Assembly: GCA_050124655.1 (NCBI GenBank)
Contig: JASFEV010000001.1
Coordinates: forward strand, 1 to 56,262
Source: Desulfobacterales bacterium
Lineage (GTDB): Bacteria; Desulfobacterota; Desulfobacteria; Desulfobacterales; JAHEIW01
Direction of reading: 5' to 3'
Length of the DNA: 56,262 nucleotides
Shown here: positions 19,839 through 26,107 of the stretch, in pieces
Layout: every line of letters starts with the position of its first letter
How positions within the stretch are numbered: the first letter of the stretch is position 1
Program-made: the position numbers and the translations under genes
The notes under the pieces: model-generated
Databases searched by the model: none
The model's input: the letters and a program-made list of their open reading frames with translations, nothing else
Told to the model about the DNA's origin: nothing

Positions 19839-20651
19839 ATGAGCAGCATTATGGCGGACAACAATCTGTTTTCCATCCAGCATCATCACAGCCGCAAAAT
19901 TCTTGGGGGCGTCAGAGGTTATATTAAGTACCCATCAAATCGCCCTTCGGTTAGCGGGCAAAACCCGTTTAAAAGCATCCTGTCTGTGGCCCAGAACCGG
20001 TCTTTGGCCAACAAAGTCAAAACCCGCGGGCTAACCATCGCCGATTACCGGGCTCAACCCGTTACGGCAAAATCACGCTTCAGACCCCAGCCACCGCCGG
20101 CCGCAAGTATTATCGCAAACAAGATCTTCAACCGATTTCCAACACCGTCTTTGTCAGCGGTGCAAAAAAAAGAACGCCCAGCTTCAGCCGGCCCAAACGG
20201 CCAAGCCATTGATTTAGCATCAAAATCGGTGCCAAAAATCCAACACCAGCCGCCTGTTTTAACCGAAAGGCAAATGATCGAAAAAAGCGTTCGGAAAGCA
20301 GCCGCTAAATATAACCTGTCCCCCAGGTTGCTCAGAGCGATAATCCGGGCCGAATCGAATTTTGAGGTTGCTGCGGTTTCACGCGCGGGTGCCAAAGGAT
20401 TAATGCAACTGATGCCGGCCACCGCAAAAGACATGGGTGTCACGGATATCTTTGATATCGAACAAAATATCGATGGAGGCGCAAAATATATGCGCCAAAT
20501 GCTGAATCGATTCGGCGGGAATATCAGAAAGGCACTGGCCGCCTATAATGCCGGTCCGGCAACCGTCATCAAATACAATGGCCGGGTCCCTTATCCGGAA
20601 ACCCGGCAGTACGTTGATCGGGTGCTGCAGTTTTCAAGGCTGACGGCCTGA
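19839..20651 (+). CDS. Lytic transglycosylase domain (SLT) protein
   Basis: Catalytic region IIRAESNF, GAKGLMQLMPATA and AYNAGP. The N-terminal half is Pro/Ser-rich and low complexity. Confidence 0.85.
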   Translation: MSSIMADNNLFSIQHHHSRKILGGVRGYIKYPSNRPSVSGQNPFKSILSVAQNRSLANKVKTRGLTIADYRAQPVTAKSRFRPQPPPAASIIANKIFNRFPTPSLSAVQKKERPASAGPNGQAIDLASKSVPKIQHQPPVLTERQMIEKSVRKAAAKYNLSPRLLRAIIRAESNFEVAAVSRAGAKGLMQLMPATAKDMGVTDIFDIEQNIDGGAKYMRQMLNRFGGNIRKALAAYNAGPATVIKYNGRVPYPETRQYVDRVLQFSRLTA

Positions 20652-20811
20652 TCAACACAGCGGCAGGAGAACTCTATCAGGGTACCCGAATAATATTGCC
20701 GTTTTCACATTTTCGGTTATTGTCGCCATAGGAGCGGTCGTCATCGGCAAGTTTGTAGATGAAAACGATAAAACCGGTCTTGCTGGTCACTTTTTGACGA
20801 ACGCTTTTTTG

Positions 20812-20840
20812 TTGACAGCGTCCCGGCATTCGATTATATC
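20812..20840 (+). promoter_or_regulatory. Putative sigma70-type promoter upstream of the HD-GYP gene
   Basis: TTGACA (20812-20817), a 16-17-nt spacer, then TTATAT/TATATC (20834-20840). Confidence 0.3.
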
Positions 20841-20896
20841 CCTCGCTTCGATTTTAAAAACCGGATATTCACAAAATTAAGGCCTGAAAACTGATT

Positions 20897-21559
20897 TTGA
20901 ATAGATTCAGCAAACATAATGTGCCATCGTACAGCGATGTTTTTAGACGGCTTCCCAAACGCGCCCCGATCGCTGCAGTTCTGGAAATCGCAGACCGTTA
21001 TACCCGCAAACATGCCTGGCGGGTTGCCATTTACGCGCGCCGCCTGGCAGAACGCATCGGTTTGAAGGCGACCGCTGTTGAAAACATCCGGCTGGGCGGC
21101 TTACTGCACGATATTGGCAAAATCGGTCTGAGCGCAGTGGTTCTCAACAATACGCAAAACTGGCTGTCCGATGATATGCTGGCGGAAGTGCGTTTGCATC
21201 CTCTGTTGGGTGTTGCTGTTCTGAGCGATTTTGATATTCCCGCAGCCGTGATCGAATTTGTACAATATCATCATGAGAAAATAGATGGCAGCGGCTATCC
21301 ATTTGGACTCAAAGATGACCAGATCCCATTGGGCGCTAAAATTATTAGAGTGGCCGATTGTTTTGATGCCATCACAACCGACCGGCCCTACCAGCAGCGT
21401 AAAAGCTGGGTTCAAGCCCTGGCCATCTTGCGTCAGATCAGCGGCACGGATCTCGATCCAGATCTGGTGCATGCATTGATGGTCGACATCAAAGAAAAGG
21501 GGCTGGCGTCCCATTCGACCCGCTCGATGGCGCTATACCGCTCGGCTTCTACCGGCTAA
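20897..21559 (+). CDS. HD-GYP domain-containing protein (probable c-di-GMP phosphodiesterase)
   Basis: HAWRVA, LLHDIGK, and HHEKIDGSGYPFGL (the HD...HHE..DGSGYP signature). TTG start as in the track; the exact start is uncertain. Confidence 0.85.
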   Translation: MNRFSKHNVPSYSDVFRRLPKRAPIAAVLEIADRYTRKHAWRVAIYARRLAERIGLKATAVENIRLGGLLHDIGKIGLSAVVLNNTQNWLSDDMLAEVRLHPLLGVAVLSDFDIPAAVIEFVQYHHEKIDGSGYPFGLKDDQIPLGAKIIRVADCFDAITTDRPYQQRKSWVQALAILRQISGTDLDPDLVHALMVDIKEKGLASHSTRSMALYRSASTG

Positions 21560-21750
21560 AAACCGCCCATTGGCGCACAAGATCGCATCTATTTGCCCCA
21601 CAGCTTGATTGAATCCGAAATTCCCTGCCCATCCGCTCATTTTACATGGTCAAGATCGTGCCTATATTATAAGTCTAAAGGTAAACGGACTCCTGTCCAT
21701 TATCCGCAGCAATAGTACAGCAGTTAGAAACTACGATAAGGAAAATTAAG

Positions 21751-21909
21751 ATGAGCAAAGATAAATCAGATGCTAAAGATGAATTGGATTGTGAAGTCAC
21801 GGTGTTTGACGGTGCCCATAACACCTGTGATCAAACCGAAGGTGACGCCCCCAAAAAACAGACAGCTGAAAGGTCAACCGCTTCGAAAAGAAAAAGAAAT
21901 AAAAGATAA
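21751..21909 (+). CDS. Possible small ORF (52 aa): acidic N-terminus, Lys/Arg-rich C-terminus
   Basis: ATG with aagga 8 nt upstream. Translation: MSKDKSDAKDELDCEVTVFDGAHNTCDQTEGDAPKKQTAERSTASKRKRNKR. Not in the supplied track (under 60 aa). No recognisable family. Confidence 0.25.
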   Translation: MSKDKSDAKDELDCEVTVFDGAHNTCDQTEGDAPKKQTAERSTASKRKRNKR

Positions 21910-21992
21910 TGATAATATCTAAAGCCGTAGTGGACTGTTTTGCCGGTTTGAGAACTTAAAGTTACCAATCACCATCGGGGCATTCCTATGTA

Positions 21993-22063
21993 GGAGTGTT
22001 GGCGTTCTGGAGTAATGCAAGCATGGGCCAACACTCCAGTACTCCATTACTCCAACACGCCAA
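21993..22063. repeat. Palindromic element built from GGAGT-type heptamers
   Basis: ggagtgttggc (21993-22003) pairs with gccaacactcc (22027-22037). Alternatively, ttggcgt..tggagtaatg (21999-22017) pairs with cattactccaacacgccaa (22045-22063). It lies at the break point of the symporter fragment. Confidence 0.6.
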
Positions 22064-22274
22064 TCACTTTTACCCGTACGTTAGATACACCAGCAACGCC
22101 AGAATTCCGGCACCATATAGCGCAAGGGTAACATAATATCGCCCCCAGCAAGCTGTTGGTCGAACACTGGGTGGCCATGGTGGATAACGCAATGGGCAGC
22201 GGTGCGGTTTTATTGCCCCCCAGGTAATAGTCGCGATCCGATTTTTGGCCGCGCGCTAAATAGGCGCTGTACAA
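22047..22274 (-). pseudogene. N-terminal fragment of a sodium:solute symporter (SSS family), truncated and apparently frameshifted
   Basis: YLARGQKSDRDYYLGGNKTAPLPIALSTMATQCSTNSLLGA matches the conserved SSS N-terminus (DYFLGGR....A.S..AT..S...LLG). A TM-like continuation YYVTLALYGAGILALLVYL appears only in another frame and then stops. About 75 aa remain of an expected 450-550. Confidence 0.5.
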
Positions 22275-22556
22275 GATTCAAATCTAAAATGACATATTCA
22301 CTGCAAGATCAACATCGGGTTCATCAGCTACTATGAGGGTTTGGGCTGTACTTTCGCAACGCCCACTAATGCATTTAAATCCGCCTGAGACGGACGCGAT
22401 TTCGCTGCTGATAATTCATTTCCGCTATTGACAGAACTTTGACAAGAAATAAATATAAGAACCTCTTTCTTATTTTCACGTAAATCCCTCGTAATGTTTG
22501 ACAGCCGTGGGCGAATTTGTCATCATTTATTTAAAAGCATAAGGAGGTTATAGAAA

Positions 22557-22781
22557 ATGAGCGAAACGACTCCTAAAAAAATGTTTCGGCAAGTCTGCAC
22601 CTGCGAAAATTGCGGCAATGAGGCTGAGATGATTATCACCTGCTCCCTTGAGCCCGATGAAGATGGATCGACACCAAAAGCCGAACACATTCATGAATCT
22701 CAACCCGCCCAAAAACAAAGATCGGGACAGGCAACTTGCACCCATTGCGGGAATGAAGCCGAAATTATTATCGATTTGTGA
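22557..22781 (+). CDS. Small Cys-rich protein (74 aa) with a duplicated CxxCGNEAE[MI]II knuckle (zinc-ribbon-like)
   Basis: Strong RBS aaggagg 7 nt upstream. CENCGNEAEMIITC and CTHCGNEAEIIID are separated by an acidic/polar linker of about 30 residues. Confidence 0.6.
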   Translation: MSETTPKKMFRQVCTCENCGNEAEMIITCSLEPDEDGSTPKAEHIHESQPAQKQRSGQATCTHCGNEAEIIIDL

Positions 22782-22819
22782 TGTGACCATACCATTAGAT
22801 TGAAATTTAAGGAGATGGT

Positions 22820-23299
22820 ATGAAATCCATCGCTATTGTCACCCTATTGCTCATTTGTGCCCTCCACGTGCCCGGCGTACAGGCTGAAATTTATTCCTGG
22901 ACCGATGAAAACGGTGTCAAACACTACAGCCACACACCACCGCCCGAAAAGTCGGTTCCCGTTGAAACCGCTCCGGAAATACAATCCGACCCGAACGCGC
23001 TTCAGCAGCAGGAAAAAATAAACGAAACCAACGTTGAAGCCATCCTCAAAGAACTGGAACAAGAGGAGGCAGCGTCTCCCACCCCAAAATCGACCGCAGA
23101 CCCAAAACCGCCTACCCACCAGGAGCGTATCGCTGCGGAAGCGGAAAAACTGCAAGAAAAAATCGCCTGGTTGGAACAACTCCCCCCTGAGGCGTATACG
23201 AATTCGCGCAGCAAACAGGCCATCATCGGCCGCTATCAATACCGACTAGACCAGCTCCAATCGAATCCGGACGCCTATTTCAAAGAGTACGGTTATTAG
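22820..23299 (+). CDS. DUF4124 domain-containing exported protein
   Basis: RBS aaggag, signal peptide, the IYSWTDENGVKHYSHTPP motif typical of DUF4124, and a Glu/Gln-rich coiled tail. Confidence 0.75.
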   Translation: MKSIAIVTLLLICALHVPGVQAEIYSWTDENGVKHYSHTPPPEKSVPVETAPEIQSDPNALQQQEKINETNVEAILKELEQEEAASPTPKSTADPKPPTHQERIAAEAEKLQEKIAWLEQLPPEAYTNSRSKQAIIGRYQYRLDQLQSNPDAYFKEYGY

Positions 23300-23390
23300 G
23301 TTCTGGGTTCTAGGTTCTGCGCTCAGGGTCTCAAACAGCACCAGGATCCTGGCGTCTGGCTTCTGGCGGCTGGCTTGTGATTGCTGATTT
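23299..23390. repeat. Two adjacent degenerate heptamer arrays
   Basis: GGTTCTG GGTTCTA GGTTCTG CGCTCAG GGTCTCA (23299-23333) and CTGGCGT CTGGCTT CTGGCGG CTGGCTT GTGATTG CTGATTT (23349-23390). The first array starts at the last base of the DUF4124 stop codon. Confidence 0.75.
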
Positions 23391-23467
23391 AGGCAGCGGT
23401 AGGTAAATGTTTCACAACGGGCGCGAGTGCCTGCTATTTGTTTAGTGAGGCACAATTTGAAAATAGC

Positions 23468-23540
23468 CGAGGACGAGTAGGAGGACGAGTACGATAACGC
23501 GCAAACACCTTCGTCGTCGTCGTTCTCGTGCTCGTCCTCG
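23468..23540. repeat. Imperfect hairpin made of GAGGACGAGTA-type units
   Basis: cgaggacgagtaggaggacgagtacga (23468-23494) faces tcgtcgtcgtcgttctcgtgctcgtcctcg (23511-23540). About 21 of 27 positions are complementary. Confidence 0.6.
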
Positions 23541-23580
23541 AGAACTCAAATTAGCAAACTCACGTTATCTGACACACACA

Positions 23581-23615
23581 ACACGGAACACGGAACGCGC
23601 AACTCGCAACTCCAC
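23581..23615. repeat. Heptamer array ACACGGA ACACGGA ACGCGCA ACTCGCA ACTCCAC
   Basis: Exact 7-nt phasing. The 17-mer aacgcgcaactcgcaac (23594-23610) is the exact reverse complement of 50164-50180. The array ends 2 nt from the MFS gene stop codon. Confidence 0.75.
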
Positions 23616-23617
23616 AT

Positions 23618-24913
23618 CTACGCACCAGCCGCCTCACAGGCCACTTGATAATCGAGGCGCAGCACAAAAATAATGGCGATCCAGATGGCACAGATGGAAA
23701 TGGTAAACCAGCTCAGCTGGGGTACGCTGACGGTGAAGGGCAGCCATTGGGTAAACAGCAGGATGACTACCGAACCGGACACCTTAAACAGACGATAACC
23801 GAACATGTCGATCCAGGCTTTGGCCTGGTAGATCAAAACGGAATCGATGGGCACGTACAACAGCTCTTTGGAGGCGCGATTGATGGAATACGAAAGCGCC
23901 CGATCGCTGATTTTGGTGGCACTGCTGAAAAAAAGGGTTGATTGCAAGAAAAAACACCAGGAAAAAATAAACATCATCAGCGGCTGGACCAGCAAACCGG
24001 CAATCGCCCCCAGATAGCGGTGCACCAGAGGGGTGATTCCCAGATTGACACCAATGGACATGATGCCCAATACACTGAAAAACAATGATAAAAAGGCGGT
24101 GCGGGCCTCGCGGTCCGGGTAGACGTTTTCGACGGTATTTAAAAACTGATATTCAACCAAAGGGGAAGCCAGTTGGGCCAACAGCAAGATGGCGGCAATC
24201 AGCAACAAATAGCGGCTGTGACCCAGAATGCGCCAGCCGCCGCTGGCCTTTTGATGCGGGCGAAACACATGCTCAACTTCACAGTAAATACCCACGCGCC
24301 CCATCAGCCAGGTCAGCACAAAGATGGTGCCGATGATGCCCGCGCCGGTCAGCAGCAGGTCCGGGGTCTGCAGTGGTGTGTGCTTGATCAGCATGGCCGA
24401 CACCCAGCCGCCGGCCACGCCGCCCACCAGACCACCGGTGCCTACCAACCCATACCATGATTTGCCCTCATGGGTGGTGTATACCGAGTTGGTCAGGCTC
24501 CAGAATTGTTCAACCAGCACCACGCCCAGCATATCGACAAAAACATAAAAACAGGCCGATGCGATGGGACCGGGGGATTGGAGCAGCAGGCGAAAAATGA
24601 CCAATAATATGCTGATCGTCAAACAGGTGCCCAGCACGACGTTTATCCGGCTGTGGCGTTCCACCAGCCGGTGATAATAGGTAATAAAGGCGCCCATGGA
24701 CACGGCGGTGGCGATCCAGATGTAGGGCAATTGTTCAGACCCCAGGGTTTCGATGAACAGCGAGCGGCTGGCCGGCTTAAGCTGATAAAGGGCCATAATT
24801 ATTAGAAAGAAATTAAGAAAAAGAAATGCCGCCCGGGCTCCCAGGGTATGCAACACTGGATATCGGGCTTTACATTCGGCTGTGATGTTATTATTTGAAT
24901 TTTGTGCTTGCAT
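23618..24913 (-). CDS. MFS-type transporter (about 12 TM; N-terminus resembles the ADP/ATP-translocase-like/Npt1 group)
   Basis: 431 aa and strongly hydrophobic throughout. N-terminal FLFLNFFLIIMALYQLKPASRSLFIE.LG..QLPY resembles the TLC/MFS_Npt family. The substrate is unknown. Confidence 0.65.
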   Translation of the reverse strand: MQAQNSNNNITAECKARYPVLHTLGARAAFLFLNFFLIIMALYQLKPASRSLFIETLGSEQLPYIWIATAVSMGAFITYYHRLVERHSRINVVLGTCLTISILLVIFRLLLQSPGPIASACFYVFVDMLGVVLVEQFWSLTNSVYTTHEGKSWYGLVGTGGLVGGVAGGWVSAMLIKHTPLQTPDLLLTGAGIIGTIFVLTWLMGRVGIYCEVEHVFRPHQKASGGWRILGHSRYLLLIAAILLLAQLASPLVEYQFLNTVENVYPDREARTAFLSLFFSVLGIMSIGVNLGITPLVHRYLGAIAGLLVQPLMMFIFSWCFFLQSTLFFSSATKISDRALSYSINRASKELLYVPIDSVLIYQAKAWIDMFGYRLFKVSGSVVILLFTQWLPFTVSVPQLSWFTISICAIWIAIIFVLRLDYQVACEAAGA

Positions 24914-24942
24914 TTTTTGAATAATAGGTAATAATTACCATT

Positions 24943-25830
24943 ATGGATAGGCTGAAACAATTATTGGCGCTGGTTTTTTTTGTCCTGATCTGCACCAGTC
25001 TGACGGGTGCGCAATCTCAGAATCCGTCCTGGACACAAAGCTGCGATCCCCGGCTGCAAAAAGCCCTGGAAAAGCGCATCAATGCCCTCAAGCTAGACGG
25101 CGCCACCGAGGATAAAAACCTGAGTATTGTGGTCGTCGATATCACCGACATTTCCGATCCCCGCATGGCTTACGTCAATCCCAATGAAATGATGTATGCC
25201 GCCAGTCTACCCAAAATTGCCATCCTTTTGGGCGCCTTTGAAAAAATAGCTGCCGGTGAAATGACCCTGGATGATGAAACCCTTGAAAAACTCAAGCTCA
25301 TGATCCAGCAGTCATCCAATTCAGCAGCTTCTGAAATGCTCAATCGGGTCGGCATCGATTATTTGGCCGAGCTGCTGCAGTCGCCGCGTTACCGGCTGTA
25401 TGACCCTCAAAACGGGGGCGGCATCTGGGTCGGCAAGGAATACGGCAAGGCGCCGGCCCGCCGACGGGATCCGCTCCGCAATCTTTCCCACGGTGCCACC
25501 GCCTTGCAGGTGGCCCGCTTTTATTACCTGCTGGAAACCGGCCGACTGGTCTCACCGCAACTCAGCCAACTCATGAAAGCGATTCTGGCAGAAACCGAAA
25601 TCGAGCACAAATTTGTCAAAGGGCTCAAAACAGTTCATCCGGAATCAGAGATTTACCGCAAATCCGGTACCTGGGGGCCCTATCATTCCGACAGCGCCAT
25701 TATCGAACATGACGGCCGCCGCTATATAGCCGTCGCTCTGGCCAAAAGCCGTCATGGGGAGCAATGGCTCCAGAAACTCATTGTTGCCCTCGATGAGGTT
25801 GTTTGCCAGCCCGAGACGAAGCCGAACTAG
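24943..25830 (+). CDS. Exported class A beta-lactamase-fold serine hydrolase
   Basis: Signal peptide, SxxK (ASLPK), an SxN-like loop (SSN) and KSG (YRKSGTWG), all in the canonical order. Confidence 0.75.
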   Translation: MDRLKQLLALVFFVLICTSLTGAQSQNPSWTQSCDPRLQKALEKRINALKLDGATEDKNLSIVVVDITDISDPRMAYVNPNEMMYAASLPKIAILLGAFEKIAAGEMTLDDETLEKLKLMIQQSSNSAASEMLNRVGIDYLAELLQSPRYRLYDPQNGGGIWVGKEYGKAPARRRDPLRNLSHGATALQVARFYYLLETGRLVSPQLSQLMKAILAETEIEHKFVKGLKTVHPESEIYRKSGTWGPYHSDSAIIEHDGRRYIAVALAKSRHGEQWLQKLIVALDEVVCQPETKPN

Positions 25831-26006
25831 AACCTATCTCAAAAATAGTGGATCACCCAATTGGGTTTGCCGGTTTAGCCCGTTGAGCCCGTTGTGCCGG
25901 TTCCAATTCCAATCGGAAAAATGTCTGATCTTCTTATTTCGGGGAAACGGGTTAACGGGTAACGGGCATAACCCATAAAAGTTAGACGCATTTTTGAGAT
26001 AGGTTC
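25830..26006. repeat. Imperfect palindrome of 177 nt (ERIC/MITE-like) between convergent genes
   Basis: Perfect 17-bp outer stem gaacctatctcaaaaat (25830-25846) with atttttgagataggttc (25990-26006). The inner arms are 9-nt units GCCGGTTTA GCCCGTTGA GCCCGTTGT GCCGGTTCC facing aacgggttaacgggtaacgggc. It shares a 16-nt core with 8311-8326. Confidence 0.75.
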
Positions 26007-26107
26007 TAAATTTCCCCCCCCTAACATTCTTCCAGCATCCGGATCGGCCCGGCCGCCAGCTGCAATCATCAATCCCATCAAGCAGGCAACAGCAGTGAAA
26101 CAGGCTG

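Noticed and set aside
23299-23615. The heptamer arrays, considered as a possible CRISPR array or protein-coding low-complexity sequence.
   Set aside because: The units are 7-9 nt and directly tandem, without spacers of 25-40 nt. There are no cas genes. No long ORF spans them in a sensible frame (only a 69-aa shadow ORF).
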